Assembly: GCA_048571215.1 (NCBI GenBank)
Contig: CP182352.1
Coordinates: forward strand, 480,001-544,000
Origin: Halarcobacter sp.
Lineage (GTDB): Bacteria; Campylobacterota; Campylobacteria; Campylobacterales; Arcobacteraceae
DNA: 64,000 nt
Reading direction: 5' to 3'
How positions within the stretch are numbered: position 1 is the stretch's first letter; each line of letters starts with the position of its first letter. The notes under the pieces are model-generated. The model was not told where the DNA came from, made no database searches, and saw only the letters and a program-made list of their open reading frames with translations. The translations under genes were made by a program, and so were the position numbers. Positions 20,885-33,417 of the stretch are shown in pieces.

Positions 20885-21414
20885 TGAAAGATTTAATAGC
20901 AAAAAGATATGTAAAAGCATTATTAGATGGTAGAGATTTAGAGTCTGCAACTGCTATTTGTAATGAGTTAAAAACAATCTCTTCAGCATTTACGCAAGAG
21001 AAATTTGTTTCTATTATTGCTTCAACAGAAGTAAAAAGTAGTGAGAAAATTGAATTAATTATTTCATTTTTAGACAATGGAAGTGATGATGTTAAAAATT
21101 TAATTAAACTTTTAGGTACTAATAAAAGATTAGACATTATTACAGATATTGCAGTTGAATTAGAATCACAAATTGCAAAAATGAATAATTCATATACAGG
21201 TATTGTTTATACTAACAACGAATTATCTACTGATTATATCTCTTCAATAGAAGAGCAATTTAGTAAAAAATTTGATGTTACGTTATCACTATCGCAAGAT
21301 GTTTGTGATTACGATGGTATTAAGGTTGATATTGACAGTCTTGGAGTTGAGATTTCTTTCTCAAAAGAGAGACTTAAATCACAAATGATTGATCATATTT
21401 TAAAAGCAGTTTAG
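20884..21414 (+). CDS. atpH: ATP synthase subunit delta
   Basis: IAKRYVKAL; position in operon. Confidence 0.93.
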   Translation: MKDLIAKRYVKALLDGRDLESATAICNELKTISSAFTQEKFVSIIASTEVKSSEKIELIISFLDNGSDDVKNLIKLLGTNKRLDIITDIAVELESQIAKMNNSYTGIVYTNNELSTDYISSIEEQFSKKFDVTLSLSQDVCDYDGIKVDIDSLGVEISFSKERLKSQMIDHILKAV

Positions 21415-21435
21415 AACTTATAAAGGAGAAATTGA

Positions 21436-22953
21436 ATGGGTGCAAAAATTCAAGCAGATGAAATCAGTTCTATCATAAAAGAGAGAATTGACAACTTTGA
21501 ATTAAATGTAGATGTTAGTGAAACAGGTAAAATCATCTCTTTCGCAGATGGTATTGCTCAAGTTTACGGTCTTAAAAATGTTATGGCTGGTGAGCTTGTA
21601 GAGTTTGAAAATGGTGAAAGAGGGTTAGCATCTAACTTAGAAGAATCATCAGTTGGTGTTGTTGTTTTAGGTTCAGGTGATGGACTTAGAGAAGGGTCTT
21701 CTTGTAAAAGATTAGGAAGATTATTAGAAACTCCAGTTGGTGAAGCAATGGTTGGAAGAGTTGTAAATGCTCTTGGTGAAGCTATTGATGGAAAAGGTGC
21801 TATTGATTCAAGTGAATCTAGATTAGTTGAAGAGAAAGCTCCTGGAATCATGGCTAGAAAATCAGTACATGAACCATTACAAACAGGTATTAAAGCAATT
21901 GATGCATTAGTTCCAATCGGACGAGGGCAAAGAGAGCTTATTATTGGAGATAGACAAACTGGTAAAACAACTGTTGCTATTGATACAATTCTTAACCAAA
22001 AAGGTGAAGATGTAGTTTGTATTTATGTTGCAATTGGTCAAAAAGCATCATCTGTTGCTTCTGTTGTTAGAACATTAGAAGAGGGTGGAGCAATGGATTA
22101 TACTATCGTTGTTAACGCTGGTGCTTCTGACTCTTCAGCATTACAATTCTTAGCTCCTTATACAGGTGTTACTATTGGTGAATATTTTAGAGATAATGGT
22201 AAACACGCATTAATTATTTATGATGATTTATCTAAACATGCAGTTGCATATAGAGAAATGTCTTTATTATTAAGAAGACCTCCAGGTCGAGAAGCATTCC
22301 CAGGGGATGTATTTTATCTACACTCAAGACTTTTAGAAAGAGCTGCTAAAATGTCTGATGAAAGAGGTGCTGGTTCTATGACTGCATTACCAATTATTGA
22401 AACTCAAGCTGGTGATGTTGCTGCATATATTCCAACAAACGTTATTTCTATTACAGATGGTCAAATCTTCCTTGAAACTAACCTATTTAACTCAGGTATT
22501 AGACCTGCAATTAATGTTGGTTTATCAGTATCAAGAGTTGGTGGGGCTGCACAAATCAAAGCTACAAAACAAGTTGCTGGTACACTTAAACTTTCTTTAG
22601 CACAATATAGAGAGCTTGAAGCGTTCGCACAATTTGCATCTGACCTTGATGAATCAACTAGAAAAGAGCTTGAATTAGGTCAAAGAATGGTTGAAGTATT
22701 AAAACAAGGTGTTAATAAACCACTAGTTATTGAAAAACAAATTGTTGTTATTTATGCTGGTACAAAAGGTTACTTAAATGATGTAGCTGTTGGTGATGTA
22801 GTTAAATTTGAAAATGAATTACATGCATTCATTGAACAAAAATATGCAAATATTCTAGAAGATATTAAATCTAAGAAAAAACTAGATGAAGATACTGAAA
22901 CAGCATTAAAAGCTGCATTAGAAGAGTTTAAAACTGTTTTTAGTGCTAAATAA
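21436..22953 (+). CDS. atpA: ATP synthase subunit alpha
   Basis: [33 protein letters not shown]. Confidence 0.99.
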   Translation: MGAKIQADEISSIIKERIDNFELNVDVSETGKIISFADGIAQVYGLKNVMAGELVEFENGERGLASNLEESSVGVVVLGSGDGLREGSSCKRLGRLLETPVGEAMVGRVVNALGEAIDGKGAIDSSESRLVEEKAPGIMARKSVHEPLQTGIKAIDALVPIGRGQRELIIGDRQTGKTTVAIDTILNQKGEDVVCIYVAIGQKASSVASVVRTLEEGGAMDYTIVVNAGASDSSALQFLAPYTGVTIGEYFRDNGKHALIIYDDLSKHAVAYREMSLLLRRPPGREAFPGDVFYLHSRLLERAAKMSDERGAGSMTALPIIETQAGDVAAYIPTNVISITDGQIFLETNLFNSGIRPAINVGLSVSRVGGAAQIKATKQVAGTLKLSLAQYRELEAFAQFASDLDESTRKELELGQRMVEVLKQGVNKPLVIEKQIVVIYAGTKGYLNDVAVGDVVKFENELHAFIEQKYANILEDIKSKKKLDEDTETALKAALEEFKTVFSAK

Positions 22954-22963
22954 GGATTAGCAA

Positions 22964-23851
22964 ATGGCTAACTTAAAAGAGATTAAAATAAAAATTGGAA
23001 GTGTTAAGAACACTCAGAAGACTACAAAAGCAATGAAGCTTGTATCTTCTGCAAAACTTACTAGAACCAGACAATTATCTGATCAAGCTAGAAGTTATGC
23101 TAAGAAGATAAATGAAGTTTTATCTGAGATCGCAAATAGAGTTAGCAAGGTTCAAGATGGGGGAAACCACAACAAAGCGTTTATCCCTGTTGAAAACCCA
23201 AAAACAGTTGATATTGTTTTTGTAACTGCTGACAAAGGACTTTGCGGTGGTTTTAATATGGCAACAATTAAAGCAGTTAATAAGATTGCAGCTGATTATA
23301 ATGCAAAAGGTGTAAATGTAAGATATAGAGTAGCTGGAAGAAAAGGTGTAGATTTCTTTACTTTCCAAAAAATTGAAATGATTCAAAAAGCTACTGATTT
23401 ATCTTCTGCTCCTGATTATGAAAGAGCTGTTGATTTTATTAAAGATGTTGTTACAGATTTCCAAAATGGTGAAACTGATAAAGTTATACTAGTTTATAAT
23501 GGATTTCTTAACATGCTTACTCAAGAAGTTAGAGTAAGAGAATTGTTACCAATTAGCTTAGATGATGTTGAAGTTGAAGAAAATGAAACATCTATGCTAG
23601 AGATTGAACCAGATGATGATGAAGAAGTGTTAGAAGAATTAACAGGTAAATATATTGATTTCAATATCTATTACTCTTTAATTGACTCTTTAGCTGCTGA
23701 ACATAGTGCTAGAATGCAAGCAATGGAAGCTGCAACTAAAAATGCAAAAGAGAGAGTTGATTCTTTAACTGTAGAATACAATAAAGCTAGACAAGCTGCA
23801 ATTACAACAGAGCTGATAGAGATTATCAGTGGTGTTGAATCATTAAAATAA
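22964..23851 (+). CDS. atpG: ATP synthase subunit gamma
   Basis: TKAMKLVS, DKGLCGGFN, NKARQAAITTEL. Confidence 0.99.
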   Translation: MANLKEIKIKIGSVKNTQKTTKAMKLVSSAKLTRTRQLSDQARSYAKKINEVLSEIANRVSKVQDGGNHNKAFIPVENPKTVDIVFVTADKGLCGGFNMATIKAVNKIAADYNAKGVNVRYRVAGRKGVDFFTFQKIEMIQKATDLSSAPDYERAVDFIKDVVTDFQNGETDKVILVYNGFLNMLTQEVRVRELLPISLDDVEVEENETSMLEIEPDDDEEVLEELTGKYIDFNIYYSLIDSLAAEHSARMQAMEAATKNAKERVDSLTVEYNKARQAAITTELIEIISGVESLK

Positions 23852-25264
<1,413 letters not shown>

Positions 25265-25278
25265 TAAAAGGCGGCTTT

Positions 25279-25656
25279 ATGGATACATTAAAATTATCGA
25301 TAGTTGCACCAAATGGTCAAATTTTTAATGATGACGTAAAGACTGTAACTCTTCCTGGTAAAGAGGGAGAGTTTGGTGTCCTTCCTGGACATGCATCATT
25401 AGTTTCATCATTAACAGTTGGCGTAATTATTATAGAAAAAGCAGATTCAACTGAGGCAATAGCTATCAACTGGGGACATGTAAAAGTTTCTGAAACCTCT
25501 GTTGATGTTTTAGTAGATGGAGCAGTTGCTCTAACTTCAGGAGCTGATTCTGAAATAGCTAAAAATATTGAAGCTGCAAAAGATTTAGTAAACTCTGTTA
25601 AAGATGCAAATGTATCATTAGCAGCTGTAGAAGCAAAAATCAATTCGTTTGCTTAA
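25279..25656 (+). CDS. atpC: ATP synthase subunit epsilon
   Basis: LPGKEGEFGVLPGHA. Confidence 0.97.
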   Translation: MDTLKLSIVAPNGQIFNDDVKTVTLPGKEGEFGVLPGHASLVSSLTVGVIIIEKADSTEAIAINWGHVKVSETSVDVLVDGAVALTSGADSEIAKNIEAAKDLVNSVKDANVSLAAVEAKINSFA

Positions 25657-25665
25657 TAGAGTAAT

Positions 25666-26226
25666 ATGATTGATTCTACTTTAAACTATTTAAGTAATGG
25701 TAGTGCAATAACACTTTTAGTGTTATTGACACTCTCATTTTATCTTATATTTATTTTTTGGGTATTTATATATAGATACCTCTCTTTAAAGTCTTCTATT
25801 TTTAATGAACAAAAATCACTTGATTCTTTAACTTCAAGAAGTATGACCTTAAGTCCAACTTCTGCATTAAATAAGTGTTCAAATGGAGTTACTCAAAAAG
25901 AGATTTTACGTGCATGTGAAATAAATATCATCAAAGATGCAAGTGTTGGAGTATCGTGGTTATCAATAGTTGCTTCAACTTCACCTTTTATTGGATTATT
26001 TGGTACCGTTGTTGGTATTCTTGAATCATTTGCAAAATTTTCTGGACAATCAAAAGTTGGCTTTTCAATAATAGCTCCAGCTATTTCAGAAGCTTTAGTT
26101 GCAACAGCAGCTGGAATTTTTGTGGCAATATTTGCATATACTTTTCATCAAATATTAGTAAGAAAGGTTTATGAACTAAACACTTACTTAAAGGCTCAAT
26201 CTCAAATCTTAATTGCTAAGGGGTAG
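25666..26226 (+). CDS. tolQ: MotA/TolQ/ExbB proton channel protein
   Basis: SPFIGLFGTVVGI, ISEALVATAAGI; first gene of tol cluster. Confidence 0.88.
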   Translation: MIDSTLNYLSNGSAITLLVLLTLSFYLIFIFWVFIYRYLSLKSSIFNEQKSLDSLTSRSMTLSPTSALNKCSNGVTQKEILRACEINIIKDASVGVSWLSIVASTSPFIGLFGTVVGILESFAKFSGQSKVGFSIIAPAISEALVATAAGIFVAIFAYTFHQILVRKVYELNTYLKAQSQILIAKG

Positions 26227-26230
26227 TCGT

Positions 26231-26620
26231 ATGTATGATTACAACCAAAAACCTGATTTAAATATCACTCCTTTAGTTGATATAATGTTGGTTTTATTGG
26301 CAATTTTAATGGTTACAGCACCTGTAATAGAGTTTGAAGAACCAATTAATTTACCCCAAGGGAGTAAATCAAAACCAGTACAAAATCTAAAAAAGATTGA
26401 TATTGTAATTACAAAAGATAAGGTTGTTTTGATAAATAAAAAAAAGTATTCCTTTGAAAATTTTGCAGATAATTTTGTTTTATTTGCTAAAGAAAAAGAT
26501 AGAAAGACACCAATACACATAAGAGCAGAAAAAACACTTATTTATGATGACATAATTTATGTTTTAAAATCAGTAAAAGAAGCAGGTTTTTTTAAAGTCT
26601 CACTTATAACTGATGGATAA
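26231..26620 (+). CDS. tolR: ExbD/TolR family protein
   Basis: NITPLVDIMLVLL; start at ATG 26231. Confidence 0.88.
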   Translation: MYDYNQKPDLNITPLVDIMLVLLAILMVTAPVIEFEEPINLPQGSKSKPVQNLKKIDIVITKDKVVLINKKKYSFENFADNFVLFAKEKDRKTPIHIRAEKTLIYDDIIYVLKSVKEAGFFKVSLITDG

Positions 26621-26623
26621 TAG

Positions 26624-27349
26624 ATGCAACAAAAGAACTATTTTTATATTTCTGGTGTAATCTCTATTGTTTTTTATTTATCTGTTTGTACCCTATTACT
26701 TCTATATATAAATGCACCAAAACCTAAAAAATATGATGCCTTTTCTAAAACTACTGTTTTAGAGTTGGAATTGGTTTCTACAAAAGATAGTAAGAACCGT
26801 GTTGAAAAAAAAGTTGAAAAAAAGATTGAAAAGGTTGTAAAAAAATCAACTTCAAAATCTAGTGAAAAAAAAGCTGATTTTAAATCACTTTTTGCAAATG
26901 TTAAAACAACAAGTAAGAAAACTACTAAAGAAGAGGTAAATAATGTTGTTGCAAGTGCAGATCCAAGTAGGTTTAAATCTAAATTTGAAAAACAAAAGAA
27001 GAGTAATAATATATCTGTTTCAAAGCTTCTAAGTGATATAAAGATAACTACAAAAATGAGTATAAGTACAAGTAGTGAACATAAAAATGATCCATACTAT
27101 TCAAAGATTTATGAAATATTAGCTTCAAGATGGACTCCAATAGTTTTAGGAACTGATTTAGAGGCTAAAGTTTTAGTTATAATCACAAATAGTGGAAAGT
27201 TCGATTATAGATTTATCAAATATTCAAATAATGATAGATTTGATGAATCTTTAAAAGTTTTTTTAGATAGTCAAAAAAGTATCCCTTTCCCTCCACATAA
27301 TAAGGGTGCAAAGACAGATATAGAAGTTTTATTTAAATCAAAGGAGTAA
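26624..27349 (+). CDS. TolA/TonB C-terminal-domain protein
   Basis: N-terminal TM, Lys-rich linker, C-terminal FDES...PFPP; lies between tolR and tolB. Confidence 0.8.
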   Translation: MQQKNYFYISGVISIVFYLSVCTLLLLYINAPKPKKYDAFSKTTVLELELVSTKDSKNRVEKKVEKKIEKVVKKSTSKSSEKKADFKSLFANVKTTSKKTTKEEVNNVVASADPSRFKSKFEKQKKSNNISVSKLLSDIKITTKMSISTSSEHKNDPYYSKIYEILASRWTPIVLGTDLEAKVLVIITNSGKFDYRFIKYSNNDRFDESLKVFLDSQKSIPFPPHNKGAKTDIEVLFKSKE

Positions 27350-27353
27350 ATAT

Positions 27354-28622
27354 ATGAAAAAAATCTTAGTATTAACATTAGTTCTATTTAATTTTTTATT
27401 TGCAGTTGATGCCCAACTAGAAATAGTAAAAGAGGGGAAAAAACTACCAAAAATTATAGTTTCAGTTTCATCAAATGCAACAAATGATTATATAGCAAAA
27501 AAAATTAAAGTTATGATTGAAAAAGATTTAAATGTTAGTGGTCATTTTGAGGTTGTAAATAGCAATGTTAGTATAGATTTTAATAAAGTACCTGATATGT
27601 TAGCTTTATTTAATCAAGGGGTAGATTTATTTTTAAATATAAATACAAATATTAGTAGTTTTGCTGGTTTTACAACACTTACAAAGTTATATGATATAAA
27701 CTCAAAAGCCTTAGTACAGAATAAAACTTTCACCACTTCAAAAAAAGATAGATATCCATTTTTATCCCATAGAGCTGCAATATCAGTAAATAAATATCTA
27801 AATGCTCCTTCAATTGAATGGATGGATAAGTTTGTAATATTTTCACAATATAAAGAAGCAAAAAAAGCTGATATTGTAATTGCAGACTATACTTTAACTT
27901 ATCAACTTCCAATTATAGTTGGAGGTTTAAATATTTTTCCAAAATGGGCAGATAAAAAGCAACAAAGTTTTTATTATACAAGCTATGATAAAGGGATACC
28001 TTCATTAATTAAAACAAATATTTATACAAGAAAACGAGAAACTATTATGAGAAGTGAAGGGATGGTAGTTTGTTCAGATGTAAGTAGTGATGGGAAAAAA
28101 CTTTTAATAACAGCATCTCCTAATTATCAACCAGATATATATCTATATGATACTATTAGAAAATCAAAAGTGAGACTTACAAACTATAAAGGGATTGATG
28201 TTGGAGCACATTTTATTGAAGATGATTCAAAAATAGTATTTGTATCAGATAGATTAAAACACCCAAATATTTTCTCTAAAGAGATAGGTAGAAGAGGAGT
28301 TCAACGTTTAGTTTATCATGGTAGAAATAATTCATCTGTAACTACATTTAAAGATTATGTAGTATATACAAGTAGAGATAGAGAAAATGAGTTTGGAAAT
28401 CAAACTTTTAATTTATATCTAATGTCTACAAAAAGTGATTATTTAAAAAGATTAACTTCAAGTGGAAGTAATCAATTTCCTAAATTTTCATCTGATGGGG
28501 AATCAATTATTTTTCTTAAAACTATAAATAATAGAAGTTCAATAGGAATAATTAGACTAAATCATTCTAAATCTTACCTTTTCCCATTAGCTAATGGAAG
28601 AATCCAATCTATTGATTGGTAA
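27354..28622 (+). CDS. tolB: Tol-Pal system protein TolB
   Basis: Signal peptide, DL..SG.F N-domain, PD40 beta-propeller repeats (FVSDR, PKFSSDG). Confidence 0.93.
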   Translation: MKKILVLTLVLFNFLFAVDAQLEIVKEGKKLPKIIVSVSSNATNDYIAKKIKVMIEKDLNVSGHFEVVNSNVSIDFNKVPDMLALFNQGVDLFLNINTNISSFAGFTTLTKLYDINSKALVQNKTFTTSKKDRYPFLSHRAAISVNKYLNAPSIEWMDKFVIFSQYKEAKKADIVIADYTLTYQLPIIVGGLNIFPKWADKKQQSFYYTSYDKGIPSLIKTNIYTRKRETIMRSEGMVVCSDVSSDGKKLLITASPNYQPDIYLYDTIRKSKVRLTNYKGIDVGAHFIEDDSKIVFVSDRLKHPNIFSKEIGRRGVQRLVYHGRNNSSVTTFKDYVVYTSRDRENEFGNQTFNLYLMSTKSDYLKRLTSSGSNQFPKFSSDGESIIFLKTINNRSSIGIIRLNHSKSYLFPLANGRIQSIDW

Positions 28623-28646
28623 AACAAAGCATTTTGCTTTGTTTTT
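28621..28646 (+). terminator. Hairpin/terminator directly after tolB
   Basis: AAAACAAAGC-ATTTT-GCTTTGTTTT followed by T. Confidence 0.6.
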
Positions 28647-28727
28647 AACATAAATACTTTATAAACTAACAAAAAAAACATATTAAAAATTTTCCTTATT
28701 TTATATAATAAAAATAAAGGATAAAAT

Positions 28728-29678
28728 ATGAAAATAGGTGTATCAGCTTGTCTTTTAGGAAATATGTGTAGATATGATGGAGCACATAGTAAAGATGATT
28801 TTATTGCAAATATATTAAAAAATTATTTTGAATTTGTACCATATTGTCCTGAAAAAATGGTTTTTACCACTCCAAGAGAAGCAATTAGATTAGTTGAAAA
28901 AGACTCAAAGATTGAAGTTGTTACATCAAATACTAATAAAGTTGTTACAAAAGAACTTGAAGATATCTCAAAAGAATTAGTAGAAGAGATTCAAAAAGAG
29001 CAACTTTGTGGATTTATCTTAAAATCCAAATCTCCAACTTGTGGAATGGAAAGGGTAAAAGTATATCAAGATAAAAATGCACCAAGTGAAAAAAAAGGTG
29101 TAGGTATATTTGCCAAAGAGCTTCAAAATAATTTTCCTTTACTACCTATTGAAGAGGAGGGTAGATTAAATGATGCATGGCTTAGGGAAAATTTTTTGAT
29201 GCAAATATTTGCTTATAAAGCCTTGTTTGAGTTCTTGTTATCAAATCCAAATTTTAAAGATTTAGTGCAGTTTCATACAAGTTATAAATATCTTATATAT
29301 AGTAAATCAAATCAATCTTATAAGATATTAGGAAATATAGTTGCAAATCATGAAAAAAAATCTATAGATGAAGTCTTGAGTCAATATAAATATAGTTTTT
29401 TAGAGGCAATATCTAAAAAGGGAAATATCAAAAAAACATACAATGTTTTATTACATATATTTGGATATTTTAAAAAACTTATTACTAAAGAGGAAAAACA
29501 AGAGATTTTAGATGCTATTGATGAGTTTAAACAAGAGATTATCCCTCTAATTGCAGTTATAAAAATATTAAATATTTATACAAAAAGATTTAATATAGAG
29601 TATCTAAAAACCCAAATTTTTTTAAATCCATATCCAAAAGAGTTAGCTTTGAGGTCAAATGTAAAGGCTTATAAATGA
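28728..29678 (+). CDS. ybgA: YbgA-family protein (DUF523/2-thiouracil desulfurase-like + DUF1722)
   Basis: GVSACLLG..CRYDG, CPE, KSKSPTCG, EEEGRLND...RENF, HIFGYFK, PYP. Confidence 0.9.
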   Translation: MKIGVSACLLGNMCRYDGAHSKDDFIANILKNYFEFVPYCPEKMVFTTPREAIRLVEKDSKIEVVTSNTNKVVTKELEDISKELVEEIQKEQLCGFILKSKSPTCGMERVKVYQDKNAPSEKKGVGIFAKELQNNFPLLPIEEEGRLNDAWLRENFLMQIFAYKALFEFLLSNPNFKDLVQFHTSYKYLIYSKSNQSYKILGNIVANHEKKSIDEVLSQYKYSFLEAISKKGNIKKTYNVLLHIFGYFKKLITKEEKQEILDAIDEFKQEIIPLIAVIKILNIYTKRFNIEYLKTQIFLNPYPKELALRSNVKAYK

Positions 29679-31021
29679 AACAAATACTTTGGTTTAGAAG
29701 AGATTTAAGAATTAGCGATAATGCAATATTAGCAAATGCAAAAGATGAAGTTTTGCCAATATTTATTTTCGATAAAAATATTTTAAATTTTTTACCAAAT
29801 AATGATAAGAGAGTAAGTTTTATCTATCAAAAGGTTTTAGACTTGAAAAATGAGCTTAAATCTATTGGTTTAGATTTAGCTATATTTTATGATTATCCAA
29901 AAAATGTATTTAAGAAATTGAAAGATTTAGATTTTGATGAAGTTTTATATTCTATTGATTTTGATGATTATTCAAGAAAAAGAGATGAAGAGATTGAAAA
30001 AATCTTACCCCTTAGAAGATTTAATGATTCTTTTATTTTAAATCCAAATGAACATCTAAAGAGTGATAAAACACCATATAAAGTTTTTACACCCTTTTAT
30101 AACTCTTTGTCTTTAATAACTCAATCACAAAATATTCAAGAGTATAAGCTAAATGATAGTCTAAAAAAAGTAAGTTTTGATTATGAAAATAGTTTAAGTC
30201 TAGAAAAAATTGGTTTTCTTAAACAAGAATTGCCTAATTTTTTATATAAAACACCAAAAGAGCTTTTATCTGAGTTCATTCAAAAAATAGATAACTACCA
30301 AAAAGATAGAGATTTTTTTTATAAAGATGCTAGTTCAAAAATATCAGTACATTTAAGATTTGGAATTATATCCGCAAAACAGGTTTTTAATTTTATAAAA
30401 AGTTTTAAAGATATAGATGGAGAGTTTTTTATAAGAGAAATATTTTGGAGAGAGTTTTACAACTACATACTTTTTCATTTTCCAAATTCACAATTTGAGA
30501 ATTTCAACGGTTTAGAGATACAATGGAATGATAATAATGCAGATTTTAAAAATTGGTGTGAGGGGAAAACAGGTGTACCTATAATTGATGCAGCAATGGT
30601 ACATCTAAATAAAACGGGGCTTATGCATAATAGATTGAGAATGATTGTTGCTTCATTTTTAACAAAAAACCTTTTTATAGACTGGAAAAAAGGGGAAAAG
30701 TATTTTGCTTTGAAGTTATTAGATTATGAAGCTAGTTCAAATATAGGTTCATGGCAATGGGGTGCAAGTACAGGAGCTGATGCAGCACCTTATTTTAGAA
30801 TATTTAATCCATATGTCCAGTCTCAAAAGTTTGATAAAGAGGCAATTTTTATAAAAAGTGTTTTCCCTGAGTTAAATTATATTGATCCAAGATTATTTCA
30901 TATTGAAAACGGTTTACAATCGAATTTATTTTTACAATATCCTGAATCTATTGTAGATATAAGTTTAAGTAGAAAAAAGGCGATTGATGCTTTTAAAGAG
31001 GCAAAAAATGAAAGTGCATGA
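29675..31021 (+). CDS. phrB: Deoxyribodipyrimidine photolyase (class I CPD photolyase/cryptochrome family)
   Basis: WFRRDLRISDN, YKVFTPF, WREFY, GKTGVPIIDAAM, MHNRLRMIVASFLTK, SNIGSWQW, PYFRIFNP. Confidence 0.95.
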   Translation: MKQILWFRRDLRISDNAILANAKDEVLPIFIFDKNILNFLPNNDKRVSFIYQKVLDLKNELKSIGLDLAIFYDYPKNVFKKLKDLDFDEVLYSIDFDDYSRKRDEEIEKILPLRRFNDSFILNPNEHLKSDKTPYKVFTPFYNSLSLITQSQNIQEYKLNDSLKKVSFDYENSLSLEKIGFLKQELPNFLYKTPKELLSEFIQKIDNYQKDRDFFYKDASSKISVHLRFGIISAKQVFNFIKSFKDIDGEFFIREIFWREFYNYILFHFPNSQFENFNGLEIQWNDNNADFKNWCEGKTGVPIIDAAMVHLNKTGLMHNRLRMIVASFLTKNLFIDWKKGEKYFALKLLDYEASSNIGSWQWGASTGADAAPYFRIFNPYVQSQKFDKEAIFIKSVFPELNYIDPRLFHIENGLQSNLFLQYPESIVDISLSRKKAIDAFKEAKNESA

Positions 31022-32426
31022 TTTAGCTATTGTAGGCACAGGAATAGGCGGTAGTTTAATATCTGCACTAAATAAACATAAAGATTTAATTATTTTTGAA
31101 AAAGATAGAAACCTAGGAGGTTGTGCAAGTACTTTTAAAAAATCAGGGTATTATTTTAATACAGGGGCTACTACCTTTGTTGGATATGAGGATAATCATC
31201 CTGTAAAAAGAGTATTTGATAAAGTTGGTTTTATCCCTGATATACAAAAAAGTGATGTTGCTATAAGGGTAATCCAAGGGGATAAACAAATTGATAGAGT
31301 AAAAGATTTTGATTCTTTTTTAGAACAAATAAATATGGTATATCCACATAAAAATAATTATATCTTTTGGAAAACAATAAAAGATATAGATGAACAGTTT
31401 TGGCTTTTAAAAAAAGTTTATTATGCTAAGTATTCTTTGAGTTCAATTATAAAAACAACATCATCTTTATTTGAGCTAATAAGAGTTTACAAGCTAGATC
31501 TTTTAAAAAGTGCAGATAGTTTTATAAAAAGCATTCTTCCAAATATTACCTTAGAGTATAAAAGATTTATAGATTCACAACTTCTTATAACTCTTCAAAC
31601 AAATTCTGAAAATATTCCCTTGATATCTTTGGCATTAGGTTTATCCTATCCTTTTCATGATGTTTTTTATGCAAATGGTGGTATGGGCAAGATTTTTGAT
31701 GATTTACTTTTTGATTTTAATATTAATAAAAAAGAGATAATAAGAAAGATACATAGAGATAAAGATATTTATAGACTTGTAACAAATAAAGATGAGTATT
31801 TATTTAAAAATGTAGTATTAAACTCTACTATTTATGATTCAAAAAATCTATTTGATGATAAAAAAATTATCGATTATTATTCAAAATTTTCTTTTTATGA
31901 TCAAAGTGCTTTTGTGATTTATTTGAAATTAGACTCTAAAGAGAGTTTCTTGAACCATTATCAAATCATTTTAGATAAGGCAATTCCAAACTGTATTTCT
32001 AACTCTTTTTTTATATCTTTTAGTAAAATAGATGATAAAAAATTATCAAACAATGGCTATAGTATCACTATATCAAGTCATACTAAGGCACTTTTTTGGG
32101 AAAATTTGTCTAAAGAGGATTATAAAATAAAAAAAGAGTTAACTCAAAACTTTATAATATCTAAGTTTTTAGAGTATTTTAAAAGTTTGAAAAAAGAGGA
32201 TATAATCTATAAAACAAGTGGAAGTTCAAAAACATTTAAAAGATACATTAATAGAAACAATTGTGGAGGACAGGCTATATTTATGAAAGATTTGTTAAAG
32301 ATACCTAGTTGTAAAACACCATTTAAAGGTTTGTACAACATAGGTGATACAGTTTTTGCAGGGCAAGGTTGGCCTGGTATTGCAATAGGTGTTGAAGTTT
32401 TAAATAGTGAGTTAAATAATGGATAG
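31008..32426 (+). CDS. FAD-dependent oxidoreductase, phytoene desaturase/CrtD-like family
   Basis: VGTGIGG, EKDRNLGGCASTF...FNTGATTFVG, C-terminal TPFKGLYNIGDTVFAGQGWPG; start at ATG 31008. Confidence 0.8.
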   Translation: MKVHDLAIVGTGIGGSLISALNKHKDLIIFEKDRNLGGCASTFKKSGYYFNTGATTFVGYEDNHPVKRVFDKVGFIPDIQKSDVAIRVIQGDKQIDRVKDFDSFLEQINMVYPHKNNYIFWKTIKDIDEQFWLLKKVYYAKYSLSSIIKTTSSLFELIRVYKLDLLKSADSFIKSILPNITLEYKRFIDSQLLITLQTNSENIPLISLALGLSYPFHDVFYANGGMGKIFDDLLFDFNINKKEIIRKIHRDKDIYRLVTNKDEYLFKNVVLNSTIYDSKNLFDDKKIIDYYSKFSFYDQSAFVIYLKLDSKESFLNHYQIILDKAIPNCISNSFFISFSKIDDKKLSNNGYSITISSHTKALFWENLSKEDYKIKKELTQNFIISKFLEYFKSLKKEDIIYKTSGSSKTFKRYINRNNCGGQAIFMKDLLKIPSCKTPFKGLYNIGDTVFAGQGWPGIAIGVEVLNSELNNG

Positions 32427-33417
32427 AATTAGATTAAAAATATTAATTACTGATTGGGTGTATATAGTAAGTATTGCCTTTTTTTTAGGATTTTTTATAT
32501 CTTTAGTATTTTTCTTTTTAAATAAACAACTACAAGAGATATCAACAATAGTTTTTATAACATCTACTTCTGTAATAATATCACTATTTGCATTTATATT
32601 AATTACTGTTTCAAATGAGTATATATTACCAAAAACAAAAGAGAAATTTTGGTATTTGATTAGTTTTTTATTCTCTTTCTTATCGGGGTTTTTGGGGTTT
32701 TTATTTTCAATTTATATTTTCTGCTTAAGTAGTTTTAACATTGTTAATATGCTACTGCCTTATAGTTTTTATATAAGTATAATTTTAGGTTTATTAACTT
32801 TTTTGGTGGGTTTAATTTTGCACCAATTTATCTCTATGAAATATAGAAATGAATCAATAAAAACAGAGTTTTTAGAAACTAAAATAAAAGCCTTGGAAAA
32901 TGAGCTAAATCCCCATTTTTTATTTAATGCCTTAAATTCAATATCAGAATTGATTTACATGGATCAAAATAAAGCAGAAAATGCGGTTTTAAAGTTATCA
33001 TCTTTTTTAAGAAATGCCATAACAAAAGATAGTTTAATAACTTTAAATGCTGAGATGCAAATGGTAAATACTTACTTATTTATAGAAAATATTAGATTTG
33101 AAGATAAAATAAAATTATATTTTAAAACAAAAGAGGATGCTAATAGTATTTTAGTTCCAAAATTTTCAATACAATTATTAGTAGAAAATGCTATAAAACA
33201 TGGGTATTGTGGGAAAGAACTCAATATAGAAGTGGAATTTGATGAAAATAGTATTACTGTATCAAATGATGGTTTAGTTCCCAAAAAGAGACTGGTATTT
33301 GGAACAGGTTTAACAAATCTACAAAAAAGACTGCAGTTATTAGAAGTTGGTAAATTGGTATATAACAAATATGAAGATAAAATAGTATTTATAATCCAAT
33401 TAGAAGAGCATATATGA
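32419..33417 (+). CDS. LytS/YehU-type membrane sensor histidine kinase
   Basis: About 4 TM helices, ALENELNPHFLFNALNSI H-box, IQLLVENAIKHG, SNDG, GTGL.NL..RL. Confidence 0.9.
   Translation: MDRIRLKILITDWVYIVSIAFFLGFFISLVFFFLNKQLQEISTIVFITSTSVIISLFAFILITVSNEYILPKTKEKFWYLISFLFSFLSGFLGFLFSIYIFCLSSFNIVNMLLPYSFYISIILGLLTFLVGLILHQFISMKYRNESIKTEFLETKIKALENELNPHFLFNALNSISELIYMDQNKAENAVLKLSSFLRNAITKDSLITLNAEMQMVNTYLFIENIRFEDKIKLYFKTKEDANSILVPKFSIQLLVENAIKHGYCGKELNIEVEFDENSITVSNDGLVPKKRLVFGTGLTNLQKRLQLLEVGKLVYNKYEDKIVFIIQLEEHI

Noticed and set aside
28646..28675. TAACATAAA/TAACAAAAA spaced 21 bp upstream of ybgA as a LytTR binding site
   Set aside because: The spacing fits LytTR sites, but the sequence is too low-complexity in an A-rich tract to support on its own.
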